A stretch of 64,000 nt of DNA from the human T2T-CHM13v2.0 reference genome, Homo sapiens. The stretch lies in the NCBI RefSeq assembly GCF_009914755.1, contig NC_060928.1; one strand, 5' to 3'. Shown piece after piece: positions 1 to 12,532 of the stretch. The notes under the pieces are model-generated. The model worked only from the letters and a program-made list of their open reading frames with translations, made no database searches and was not told the DNA's origin. The first letter of the stretch is position 1; every line of letters begins with the position of its first letter. Both the position numbers and the translations under genes were made by a program.

Positions 1-484
1 AAAACTGGCGCGTTGTCATTCTCATCCTGCAAGTGAACTAGAACCGTTGTATTAGTGGACAAACCAGCCATGTTAGTTCCTTGTATTATCAATGTGTAAA
101 TGGGCAAAGTTTCAAAGTCCAGGGCTTTCTGAGTGATGATAGTTCCAGAATGTGGATTAATATCAAAAGCATCACCTGTATTTCCATCTTTTATTTCATA
201 CACCACTGATGATTGACTATGGGCTGTAACCATCCCAACGAAACTCCCAATGCTGACAGTTTCACTAAGTTCAACAGAATATTCTTTTGATGTAAACTTC
301 GGAGAGGCGTTGTCAGCAATTGTGACAAAGATACGCACAGAAGTTATTTCACTCATTGGTGGACTGCCCTTATCTGTAGCTTTTACCATTAAATCATACT
401 CCGCTTGGTTACTTCGATCTAATTCTTTGGCAGTTTTAATAGAGCCCAAGACAGGATCAATCATAAAAGAATTTCCAATATTTC
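1..484 (-). CDS. FAT1: FAT1 exon 10, 5' part (runs off the window); cadherin repeats
   Basis: Minus-strand acceptor ttcctctccttccag|GAAAT at 484. Translates (G)NIGNSFMIDPVLGSIKTAKELDRSNQAEYDLMVKATDKGSPPMSEITSVRIFVTIADNASPKF...LDFETLPIYTL...QDENDNAPVF with LDRE-like, ATDxG and DxNDN cadherin motifs. Phase 1 matches the end of exon 9. Confidence 0.97.
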
Positions 485-1062
485 CTGGAAGGAGAGGAAA
501 AAATACATGTTACAGAAAAACACAAGGGGCAGTAGTAGTAGTAGTTAGAGAAACAGAAACAAAGTATCCTTAAAAATTATATTCTGAAATTAAGCAGAAA
601 CTCAGGGGATGTCAATATTTGAATGGAACCTTCAACTTGTTTTATTTTTATCCACCTAAAACCAGGTATACTTTACAGAATTTTGTCCATAAATGATGAA
701 AAACAAAAAACAGAAGAAACAGCACTCTGCTCTTAGCGAAGCCAAAACTCCCTCTCTCGGCTGCACTGGGAATGTGTGGTGGAAAGACAAGGCTATCCTT
801 CCACAAAGCAGTTGAGTGAGTCACTTTCCAGGAGTCCCTCAAAACACTTCTGGACCACATTTGTATTTTCAACGGTTATGACTTACAAATTCTTAAGATA
901 TGTATTCATTACGAAAGATTTCGATTCAGTAAGAAATTGACATCAAGCTTCAAGAGACAATTGTCCATGGATAAATGTGTGTAACCCACCCCACTTTACA
1001 GGTTTTGAAGATTGCAACAACATTCCCTTCTTATCTTTTTCAGGTCAACTTATCCTCTAGGT

Positions 1063-1279
1063 CAGTGGTTTTCCCCTGGGGGCAATTCTGCTCCCTAGGA
1101 GACATCTGGTAATGCCTGCAGACATTTTTGGTTGTCACTACTTGTCGGAAGAGGGTGCTCCTGGCGTCTCGTGGGTGGAGACCAGGGGTGTTGCTAAGCA
1201 TCCTACAACGCACAGGACAGCCCTACACAACCAAAAATATCTGGTTCCAAATGTCAGCAGTGCTGAAGCTGAGAGGCTG
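1063..1279 (+). mobile_element. MER20 (hAT-Charlie DNA transposon)
   Basis: cagtggttttc...ggggcaattctgctccc...gacatttttggttgtcacta...gctaagcatcctacaacgcacaggacagccc...caaatgtcagcagtgctga matches the recalled MER20 consensus; explains ORFs 1112..1504 and 1128..1346. Confidence 0.88.
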
Positions 1280-4200
1280 CTCAAAGATAGAGTGTTTTAC
1301 CTCCTTTTCTTTGGACCTTTTCAGGCTATACTGTATGTATCTTTAGCTGCAACCACAACTCCAGAATATTGTATAATTTTGTATCATCGACTGAATCTTC
1401 AAAGAAACAAGCAGTTCTCTACAGCCCTTTTGGATAAATCAGGGTGGCGTTGCAGGTTCTCAGGTTTAATCCATCCACGAGCCCATCCTTTTTCTGTTTC
1501 ATGAACAAGCACCCAGAATTCACCATCCCTGTCATAGCACAGAATTTATTTTCCCCAAATGAACTATTATACTTACCCAAAACAAAGCTCACTTGCCACT
1601 TAACTGCTTTCTCAGATTCTTGCTCTAGGTTTGCCACGAGTGTGGCATTTCACAGACCAGAACTGCTCAGTGTGAGCTGCACACCAGGGATTCACCAAGC
1701 ACTTTGTTCTCCACATCATTAACAGGAAACACTTCCTCTACAGTCTTCACTTCCTTCCTTTCATACATTTTCCAAAAATCCACGGCCATTTTTTAGAGAC
1801 CAGATCCAGCCTGCTTTTCATTAAGTCTTACTGGCTCTGCATCCGAGCCCCAAGGCAGTGCCTCAGTCTGCAACAGGGTGGAGGCCCAGGGTTTCTCTAG
1901 GCCCTGACGCTCTGAGCTGAACCCTGGCCGAGAACTGGGTCCTGCTGCCTCTGCCAGGCTTTTGAGACACTAATTTCCGGCCTGTCTGTACTTATGAGTC
2001 AGTGATCCCAGGTCCTTCCTGATTGCATTTTTGGCCGTCGTCAGAACGCCAAGATCCTTTTCTCATCCCACCTGTACATCACCCTCACTGTCTAAAATTG
2101 TGACTGACTGCCTGGCCTGACACAGGAGACTGGGGCAGCCATGGTGACTCTCTTCATCCCTGCCCCTCAGACTTCCCTATGTCTGTACTCACCAGCTGAC
2201 CTACCATATTTTATATTCATTCTTCTATATCCACTTCTCTCTTATTGTACAGGATAATCTTATCTTGCCGATGAAGCTTCAAATATGCAAGGCCTCATGT
2301 GGAGGAACGAAGAGACTATCTGCTGTGGAGGAGGCTGGTGCTGCTAGAACACACTGCTTTCTGCAAAACTTGCTCCCTGCCCTCCAGCCAAGTGGGCATT
2401 CTCTTTGTCCTCAATCAGGAGAGCACACTCATCTCAGAGCCCCAGTGTCTGATGCATCCTCTCCTGGAAGAGTCTCCTCCCGCTATTCTTACTGTTTCTG
2501 TCTCATCGCCCTGTGTTTTCTTTACAGCATGGATTACAACCTTGCTCTTTATCGGCCATGCAAGATTCAGAAACATCCTCTATTATCTGGGGCATCATGA
2601 CTCTGGTGAACACAGCTTGGAGCATGTCACTGATAACAAGGTTAAACAGGAACCCAGCTCGTGATGGGATACATGAATCCCACATCCATATAGATTAAGG
2701 CAGAAATCATCAGATTTGCAGGTGGGAAAGCAGCATCGTGTTTATGTGAAGAAACAATGAGGGCTGCTGAGTGGTAGAAAGTGCCCCTGCCTGGCCTAAC
2801 AACAGGTTCATTCACAGACACTGAGATGCACTGGTGCTGTTGAACGACTTCCTAAGGTGGCAGAAAAGGTCTGTACGAGGCTGGGGGCTTATTCACTGAC
2901 TTTAGCTACAATATGAGTGATTTTTAAACAACTTTAAATTGTTCCCTGTATGGGAACAGGGCAATTATCTAGACAAACAGGCTAATTTTTACTCTTAAGC
3001 TATTAAGTATATTACACAGAACTGTGAAGGGGAGTCTGTTTCTTCCCCTGTAGACACACACTGGATGTTCAGCTGGGGCCCCACTGACTGGCAGAGTGGC
3101 ACCCTCCGTTGACTCTCAAGGCAATTACTTAAGTTTGGGGAGGAAAACCAATTCTAATCAATAAGTATATTTATTTATGGAGTATCTTCTATTTCCAGGT
3201 ATTAAAATGGTTTAGAAGTAGTGCTCTAATAATCTACTTTTTTAAAAAGATGTAAGAAGAAAACACACAGACCAGAGTATGGCACTGACATGTCTCCAGC
3301 ATATAACTCAATGGTTACTGAAAATATCTCTTAATTAACTCCTTTTTCCCTGAATACTCCTAATCAGACCAAACCTTTTACTCAATTAATTGCTGCTAAT
3401 TAAACATGCAGTGTTACGTACTGAATTTGTAACTAGTCTTTTTGAACTTTAAATGTAATCTGACACAAATTAGAAGCAGATAATTATGAATAAACTTAAA
3501 TGAAAGGCATTTGTATGAACATTTTATAGTTCGTACTATTCCAACAGATGTCCACCTCCATCTCCAACACATGCACACACCCCTTCCACAAAATTCTACT
3601 GCATTTTAATGGTAGTGGTCTCCTACAAAGTAACTGCTGAGCATAATTTTTATATTACCAAAACTATAAAAATAGCATCTTAAAAGTCCTAATTCTATGC
3701 CAGAATAGGCCATTGGTATTATCTATTCATGGAGGAGGGAGTTCCATTCTCTGAATACCAGATTCCTAATCCTGTCAGTCATTAGAAGCATTCAAAGAAT
3801 GCACATGCTTCTACTCAGACACCAACAATCATATTTTAACCACCCAGTTGTTGACAATTATGTGAAAGCTAAGGGGAAGTTTAACATTTTCTCCTACATA
3901 AACCCAGTCAGTTTGTCTATGACAGAATTACTTTATTGAAGTACGCAGGCATGCACAAATGGAATGCACTGTTTTTCTAACTGCAAATTTCTCAACCAGT
4001 GGAAAAAAACTTCATCTTTACTCAAGGCACTAACTACACTACATTTTAACACTGCAATCACAGGCAGTGTATGAGATCTTATTTGTGACTAATGAACTCG
4101 ATTTGGTTGTTTTAAGGGAAACAAATGAAATTTCAAATATGTTAAATAAACATAGTTTAACCACCTAGAACACATCAGTAAGTTTTTTAAAATTACTCTC

Positions 4201-4610
4201 CATTTCCTCAAATTTTTATTACATGATCTATAATTAATCTATACCTGTACCAATTCTAATGCCTAGGAGAGACAATTTCTAAATATGTAGAGCTACAGAC
4301 TTAAAAAAGAAAACAAGTTAAATGGAATATTTTAATTCTCTAAACTCATTATGAAGAAGACTGAAAGGGACTATATTCCTTGTACTAACAATGGCACTGA
4401 AGAAAACAGAAAACTGTAAACTGTCTTCCCAACATTTCATCACTTTCAGAGGATCTGGCATGAGCAGGAACATCCTAAAGCAACGTGACTTCTGATTGTA
4501 CAGACTGTATGCTCTAAAGCAGAGCCCTGTTTCTATCGGGGTGGAACTTTTACAAGACACGCATTGTGGACCCAATGGCAACGCCTACGTACCATGCCCA
4601 GGAGGAACAC

Positions 4611-6099
4611 TCCCAACATGGCACCTGGCACATAAAGTGAGCTTCACCAGCCCACAGAATGAATGAATGAATGAGGGACCAACATGGCACCTGGCACATA
4701 AAGTGAGCTTCATCAGCCTACAGAATGAATGAATGAATGAATGAGGGACCAACATGGCACCTGGCACATAAAGCGAGCTTCATCAGCCTACAGAATGAAT
4801 GAATGAATGAATGAGGGACCAACATGGCACCTGGCACATAAAGCGAGCTTCATCAGCCTACAGAATGAATGAATGAATGAATGAGGGACCAACATGGCAC
4901 CTCGCACATAAACTGAGCTTCATCAGCCTACAGAATGAATGAATGAATGAATGAGGGACCAACATGGCACCTGGCACATAAAGTGAGCTTCATCAGCCTA
5001 CAGAATGAATGAATGAATGAATGAGGGACCAACATGGCACCTGGCACATAAAGTGAGCTTCATCAGCCTACAGAATGAATGAATGAATGAATGAGGGACC
5101 AACATGGCACCTGGCACATAAAGCGAGCTTCATCAGCCTACAGAATGAATGAATGAATGAATGAGGGACCAACATGGCACCTCGCACATAAACTGAGCTT
5201 CATCAGCCTACAGAATGAATGAATGAATGAATGAGGGACCAACATGGCACCTGGCACATAAAGTGAGCTTCACCAGCCCACAGAATGAATGCATGAATGA
5301 ATGAATGAGGGACCAACATGGCACCTGGCACATAAAGTGAGCTTCACCAGCCCACAGAATGAATGAATGAATGAATGAGGGACCAACATGGCACCTCGCA
5401 CATAAAGTGAGCTTCATCAGCCCACAGAATGAATGAATGAATGAATGAGGGACCAACATGGCACCTGACACATAAAGTGAGCTTCACCAGCCCACAGAAT
5501 GAATGAATGAATGAATGAATGAGGGACCAACATGGCACCTGGCACATAAAGTGAGCTTCACCAGCCCACAGAATGAATGAATGAATGAATGAATGAGGGA
5601 CCAACATGGCACCTGGCACATAAAGTGAGCTTCACCAGCCCACAGAATGAATGAATGAATGAATGAATGAGGGACCAACATGGCACCTGGCACATAAAGC
5701 GAGCTTCATCAGCCCACAGAATGAATGAATGAATGAATGAATGAGGGACCAACATGGCACCTGACACATAAAGTGAGCTTCACCAGCCCACAGAATGAAT
5801 GAATGAATGAATGAATGAATGAGGGACCAACATGGCACCTGGCACATAAAGTGAGCTTCACCAGCCCACAGAATGAATGAATGAATGAATGAATGAGGGA
5901 CCAACATGGCACCTGGCACATAAAGTGAGCTTCACCAGCCCACAGAATGAATGAATGAATGAATGAATGAGGGACCAACATGGCACCTGGCACATAAAGC
6001 GAGCTTCATCAGCCGACAGAATGAATGAATGAGTGACCAACATGGCACCTGACACATAAAACGAGCTTCATCAGCCCACAGAATGAATGAATGAATGAG
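4611..6099 (+). repeat. VNTR, about 21 copies of a mostly 70-78 bp unit containing a variable (GAAT)n tract
   Basis: Unit ggaccaacatggcacctggcacataaagtgagcttcatcagcctacag(aatg)n-ag; starts counted at 4676, 4746, 4816, 4886 ... 5972, 6034. Confidence 0.98.
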
Positions 6100-6862
6100 G
6101 GAATGGCAGTGGAAAACAGACCAAAAACATCCTGCTATGCCAGGACTGCTTCCTGGTGGTCCCCCTTGTTATCCCGACTCTGGATCTCTTGGCCTCTGGG
6201 TCCCGGAACCGTCCAGGACCGCAGCTCCAGCTGTTTTTTTTGCTGCCCTTGCTGCCTCAAGCCCCACCCCAGCAGGCCCCAGCTCTGGGGTCTAGTCCTC
6301 AACCCAATTCCATGAGGGAAATCCACCTGTTAAAGGCGAGTGGCAAAAATCCAGGTAAATGTGGAAGGGGTGGGAGGGGCACGACACCTCTTTCTGAGGT
6401 TTCAGCCAATTACAATGAGATGAGTCAACACTGTTATGGAGCTTCCTGCTCTGCTCAAGAGAAAATACTCTCTGACAAAAAAGTGAAACGTTAAATTACT
6501 AGGCAAGCAGCTTCCTAAGTGTGTTTAATTTAACCAATGTTACAGAAGAAACTGTGGTTAAAATAATTTCAGAAATACTGAATTGGTCAAATAAAGTTTC
6601 CTCTACTACGTGGCTTCTCAGAGCCTTGAACTGGGCTAATATTGTGAATCCCCCAGAACTTCCCCCAAACTCTCTGATGGGCTAAAAGTTAAAAAAAAAA
6701 AAATTCCTTTCTCCTAACATGTAAAATTGTATCTAGAGATCAATTTAAGCCATTTTTGCAGATACATAGAAATGCTTCAATACCCAGAACTGATTTTGGA
6801 AAAGTAGAAACAGACTTTTAACAACTGCAAATTTAAAATGCCACTGAAGGCTCCAAAAGTAC

Positions 6863-7073
6863 CTGACTCGATCGAGTACAGCACTTCAGCATTTTTCCCT
6901 TTGTCCTTGTCCAGAGCCGTCACCTGCAACACAACTGAGCCAACGGCTGCCGATTCATAAACCCGCCCTTTGTAGGAGGAAGCGGTGAACCACGGGGCGT
7001 GGTCATTCGTGTCGCTGACATTGACCACAATCCTTGCAAAGTTGCGTTTTACAGGCACATCTTGATCTCGTAC
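6863..7073 (-). CDS. FAT1: FAT1 exon 9 (211 bp)
   Basis: Acceptor tttttag|GTACGA and donor TCAG|gtactt. Translates [29 protein letters not shown]...[18 protein letters not shown](G); overlaps ORF 6777..7058. Confidence 0.97.
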
Positions 7074-7196
7074 CTAAAAAGAATTGACACATTATCAATC
7101 CCATTGGTGCTTTCCTTATAACTAATTAAAAATCACGCTCGAACACACAAAGGCCTCAGGACCAAATGGTGGGAGGAGAGCGGGTAGAGCGCCTAC

Positions 7197-7472
7197 CATG
7201 ACCGTGAGGGTGTGCTGGTGAACAGCTTCATGATCCAGTTTCTCAGAAGTATAGAGAGAGCCGGTTGCAGGATCAAGACGAAATTTCTTGAGACTCAGTG
7301 GATCTCTACTGCTCTGCAGAGTGTAGATTAGTTTGTTTTTCTCATCCTGATCCACAGCACTGATTTGCAAAATTTCTGTTTCTGGCGCTGTATCTTCAGG
7401 AATAACAACTTCATACTTTGATGTAGAAAACTGAGGACGATGGTCATTTGTGTCTATTACTTTGATGAATAC
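7197..7472 (-). CDS. FAT1: FAT1 exon 8 (276 bp)
   Basis: Acceptor cattacag|GTATTC and donor ATG|gtaggc. Translates [15 protein letters not shown]...[14 protein letters not shown]; lies within ORF 7122..7511. Confidence 0.97.
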
Positions 7473-9379
7473 CTGTAATGGATGACAAAATGACTCATAC
7501 AATATTTCCAATTATGAATGTTTTAATACTTAAAGAACCATGAACGAAAGTCATGTATATTGAAACGATACTGTGGCAAAATAAAATACGAGAAAGGCAA
7601 CAAAAACCTAGAATCATACATTTCTTAAAACATTTCTCATTGGTATATTACTTATCTAAATATGAGTAAGATAATGATGACCTTTCTGCATTCTTATAAC
7701 TAACTCTGGGACAAAATATGTATTGATTTTCACACTTGCCACGTCTTTACGTGGGCTTAACTTCTCTTACGCCTCCACAGAGAAGGTATCTGTAGGTCAC
7801 TCATGTACGGATAACAATTTACCAGGATTTATAGAAGACTAATTTCTTAAATCAGATTTGTATCTGCAACTACCAACCCACTGAGGTAAGACAGATGATT
7901 ACACTATCCAAATTTCTCATTCTCATCTTTGACATCCCAAGCCCCTGATCATAGGTTTTTTTAATACGTAAAAAGAAAAAATAAGAAATGTGTTTAGAAA
8001 TCACTGTATTTCTGTGATCATAAACCTACATCTATGTAGTAAATATGTTTACTCCCTAAAACCAATTTAGTCAATAGATTGAAAAAATAAACTCTCTTAA
8101 CTATGTCTACATAAAGTAAAAACCTTTAGAGGAAAAAAGCAAATGTTAAGAAACTTGGTACTAAGCTAAATTAGAAACAAACAAAACTTTGACAGTAAGA
8201 GGATTAATTTCCATAATGAAAAGACGTATGGATTTGGCACAGCGGAAATCACTGCCAATTATAAAACATGCTTTAGAGTTTAAGAAGAAGAAAACTGCGC
8301 TTCGTGGGGGCATATGGAACAAAGGGATCTGCTGGTCCAAGCAGCACAGGGGGCCAGGGTCCCAGGCAGAGCGGTCAACCACATGGTGCAGGCCATGAAC
8401 AGAGGCCTTCCTTCCATGAGGGCTACATCAGTGTTCTCACAGAAGACCAAAATATCAAGGATGTTTTAGTTAAATAAAACGTAACATTACATTTTGTATG
8501 AATTCCAGATGCATCCACCAAACCACGGAAAGGTTGCATGTGAAAGCTATGTAAACCTTTAAAACTACAGATGCCTCACTTTTACAGGTCAATGATGATC
8601 CAGAAGGGATGGCTATAAAGGCAATTACCATAGATTAGATTACATATTCATTTCCACTATAAATTTAAAAATTACTTTTCCCATGTAGTGGGTACTGAGC
8701 AGAGAAGTTTAATCCTGCTCCAAGCTCAAGCATTATTAAGTAGAAAGAACTGGAAGTCAAAGCAATTCAATTGAAACACACGGATTGTGCGTTTCCATGC
8801 CCAATGCTTGCCTGGGTGTGAAATCAGCATGCAATGGTCTCTGCCCTCATAGAGCCACCAGGCTTACCAGGCAATGTTCTGCACATGCACAGCCTAACCA
8901 TGTCTCATATATTATCATGTAAAGTTTTTAAGAGTCCAGAGACTGGCTGAGATATTCAGAAAGCTCTTAAGGAGATAATGCTTTCTTGGGTACATTTTTG
9001 GTTGGCAGGTGAGTAAGTATGAGGAAGGGCTGCGTCAACGACATGAAGGCAAGCAGTGGGACGGAACATCCTGCCTTTCAGAGGCTGGAGAGGACTTGGA
9101 ACTCAGGGGTGATACAGTAAAGGAGCAAGAAGAAGGCAGAGTCAAATACGCAGAGCCTCGACTCCAGAACTGATGTGGGAGGACTACACAGCTCCTTTTG
9201 GTCAGAAGAAACTCGCTTCCAACATGAGTGGCAGGGATGAAGAATGGCGACTGGAAGGTGAATTGAGTGTTGGTGGGACAAGAGCCCAAACCAGTGCTGA
9301 TGTGCAACAAGACTATGGCTTTCTGCGTGCTTACTGGGTGACAGGCTCTCAGAACGTGAAGAACAAGCACCCTGCGGGT

Positions 9380-9540
9380 CACCTCATCAACCTTCCTAAG
9401 ACCTCCAAAAGGACGATTATCACCACCCCCACTTTGTAGATGAGAACATGGACACACAGAGAGTTACAGCTATTTGCCCATGGAAAGGAGTACAAGAGGT
9501 GGAGCCGGGATTCAAACCAAGTGATCTGCTCCAGAGGCCA
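9380..9540 (-). mobile_element. MIR SINE fragment
   Basis: cccactttgtagatgagaacatggacacacagagagttacagctatttgccca...gggattcaaaccaag resembles the reverse-complement MIR core; boundaries approximate. Confidence 0.7.
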
Positions 9541-9896
9541 CGATGCTGATGCTCGAGAGAAAGTTAAAGAAGATATGAAAGCAAAGTTGTTTGAATGAAA
9601 GAAAAAAAAGGTAACTGGATTTGGTAAGTTACCTGGAGATACAAGATAAAGCCAAGTGACTGGAATCAATGGCGGTCAGCATCCTAAGCCACACACGCAG
9701 GACAGGAAAGCCAGAGAAGAGCTGTTTCCGCAGGGCACTGGCAGTTCTCCCACTGTCCTGCCGCCTACCTCTGCTGGAGGCTGCCCGCTTGACTCACCAA
9801 CGGCTCACCTAAACCTTCTCAAATCGGCATCTGCTGCCCCTGACCTGGATACACAATGGCTGCTCTGTTGACTTCTGAGTGTTACTTCCAAGCCCC

Positions 9897-10570
9897 AATC
9901 CATCCCCGAGGTATCCTAGTGTCTCACCTCCCAGCTGACCCCTCTGCTCTTCAATCCATCCCCGCAGTATCCTAGTGTCTCATCTCCCAGCTGATCCCTC
10001 TGCTCTTCAATCCATCCCCGCGGTATCCTAGTGTCTCACTGCCCAGCTGACTCCTCTGCTCTTCAATCCATCCCCGCGGTATCCTAGTGTCTCACTGCCC
10101 AGCTGACTGCTCTGCTCTTCAATCCATCCCCGCGGTATCCTAGTGTCTCACCGTCCAGGTGACTCCTCTGCTCTTCAATCCATCCCCATGGTATCGTAGT
10201 GTCTCGCCTCCCAGCTGATTCCTGTGCTCTTCAATCAATCCCCGCGGTATGCTAGTGTCTCACTGCCCAGCTGATCCCTCTGCTCTTCAATCCATCCCTG
10301 CAGTACCCTAGTGTCTCACCTCCCAGCTGACTCCTGTGCTCTTCAACCCATTCCTGCGGTATCCTAGTCTCTCGCCGCCCAGCTGACTCCTCTGCTCTTC
10401 AATCCATCCCCGCGGTATCCTAGTGTCTCACTGCCCAGGTGACTCCTCTGCTTTTCAATCCATCCCCACAGTATCCTAGTGTCTCGCCGCCCAGCTGATC
10501 CCTCTGCTTTTCAATCCATCCCCGCTGTATCCTGGTGCCTCTCACTGTCCAGCTGATTCCTGTGCTCTTC
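9897..10570 (+). repeat. Minisatellite, 12 copies of a 56-bp unit
   Basis: Unit aatccatccccgcggtatcctagtgtctcactgcccagctgactcctctgctcttc; starts at 9897, 9953, 10009 ... 10457, 10513. Confidence 0.97.
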
Positions 10571-11619
10571 TCCAGGTGGCAGCTGCTGCACCCCCCTCCC
10601 GCCCCCACCCAAATTCATATTTCCAGGTTCTCAGCTAAAGAGGAAAAATAATCTAAACACAAATCATTCCCTTTGTCCCACACCTTAACAGGTCAACCTG
10701 GGCTACTGTTCTCTTATAGTCCGACTGCCTTTCTCTGCCAGCGATTAGGATAGCATCTACAGCCTATGACAATGGCCCAAAAATAAGTTACAGAAGTATA
10801 AAGGAAGCAATGAAATTTAAGATATTTTGTGTTTCCAAGAAAGAAAACTAGAATACACTTCCTGGGTTTTATAGGGATTTTAGTTGGTGCACGTGATATT
10901 TCATGCTAAACTTTTAACTGCACTAATTAAAAATATAATTATTGGGAAAGAGGTGCACTGTTAATTATTCATAGACGTAGGGTCTTTAGTAATGAGAATG
11001 CTTGGCAAAGAGGGACAGCTCCACTGTTTATGAAGCTCCTTTTGTTAGATTTCTGGGTAGTCGATTCTGTGAATTGGTCTACAGTTATACCCCTTAAATC
11101 CTTCTCTCAGAATTATCCTATTAGATTTATTACAATTTATGATGTTTTTATTCTCATTTTTGTGCTCTAAAATTTTACAAGGGCTTATGTTTAAAGAGAG
11201 AAAATCAATAGATTTTGCTTGTCTCTAGAATGAGAACAGCTACCAACTAAATTGAAATTTTGACACCATACTAGAACTTTTACAAGACAATCTCAAAATG
11301 ACCCCAAAAGCATATAACATACATGTATCAATTTTATATACACTAAAAATCACAAGCATTTGGAGAAAGAAATATTTTTGTAAATGGCTTTAAATTATCT
11401 ACCCATTTATTAATCGAAAAGACATCACCGACTATAATTTTTATCTTTTAATGCAGCTAAATGAGTTAGCAGATGATCTGTCTTGCTTAGTACTTAAAAC
11501 AGGATAATCTAACGCTAGAAAATTTCAAACTCAGATGCACCTTGTTCTCTGACATTTAACTTCTTTCTTTTTCATTTAGGCCACAGTAGATTATAAACAA
11601 GCCTTTAGCTTCTGCCATC

Positions 11620-11742
11620 CCAGTGTAAGCTCCAAGAGGGCAAGATTGTTGCCTCTTCTGTTTCCTACTATTCACCTTCCAGAATGGTGCCTGGCATGTA
11701 ACAAGTGTTCAACAAATACTTGGTAAATAAATGAGTGAATGA
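11620..11742 (+). mobile_element. L2 LINE 3' end
   Basis: tgtaagctccaagagggcaag...gtgcctggcatgtaacaagtgttcaacaaatacttggtaaataaatgagtgaatga is a typical L2 tail. Confidence 0.8.
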
Positions 11743-12392
11743 CACTCTGCTTGCTCCTGAAACCTCAGGATGCTTCTTCTATCTAGGAATATTCCTTCTG
11801 TACACTCCAAACGGCCCACACTGAGAACCAAAGAAAAGTAATAAGAAAGAACAGAATTTAAATTTCACTTACAGGATTTTAACACTTAAGTTTGAAATCC
11901 CCATAATCTGGCCATCTCAATTACCAGATAGGAACAAATAAAGGTGGTAAAGGAATTATTAGAACAATTTTATTAGTTATTTTATATAGCCAGGAGGAAT
12001 CCAAAAAAAAGTGATTTAGAAGATTAATCACTTTAACCAGTTTTACTGAAAATGATTTAAACAATTCATTCTCAACAGTGATGTACTTGATGTTAACATA
12101 GTTTAAAATGAGTGTAAAATTCGAAGATTTTGATGGTATAACGTTGGTTTGGTTTGGTTTTTGAAGTCTTCTCTCAAAATTCTCAAAACTGCTTAATTAT
12201 ATGCAAAACCCAAATTGGGATATGGAATTAATTTTCTTTCCCTAAATAAAAATTCTTAGTGTGCATGTGTGTAAACTTCTGATTTTAGACCCTCACAGGG
12301 CAGAATCCACCGCTCATATTGCCCGTGGACCCCTAAGTCAGAACGTTATCTCCATCCTCCTCTGACAAGTGTGTCATTAGTAATTCACTTAC

Positions 12393-12532
12393 CTGAGTGA
12401 GGATAGTGGTGGTTCCATCTGTAGCCTCGACTGTGAGGTTGTAGTTTGACTTCTGTTCTGCATCAAGAGGTTTGGCAACAATGATGGTTCCAGTTCCCTT
12501 GTCCACATCGAAGTGACTGTCGTAGTTGCCAC
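12393..12532 (-). CDS. FAT1: FAT1 exon 7 (140 bp)
   Basis: Acceptor ccccaaattag|GTGGC and donor CAG|gtaagt. Translates (G)[46 protein letters not shown]. Confidence 0.97.

Noticed and set aside
250-573. Plus-strand 107-aa ORF
   Set aside because: It is the antisense shadow of FAT1 exon 10, as is 15375..15590 for exon 5.
4585-6055. Series of minus-strand ORFs with HSFIHSF repeats
   Set aside because: They are translations of the (TTCA)n-containing VNTR.
4611-6099. CRISPR-like look of the regular array (also 9897-10570 and 38264-38680)
   Set aside because: There are no unique spacers or cas genes and the context is a human intron; these are tandem minisatellites.
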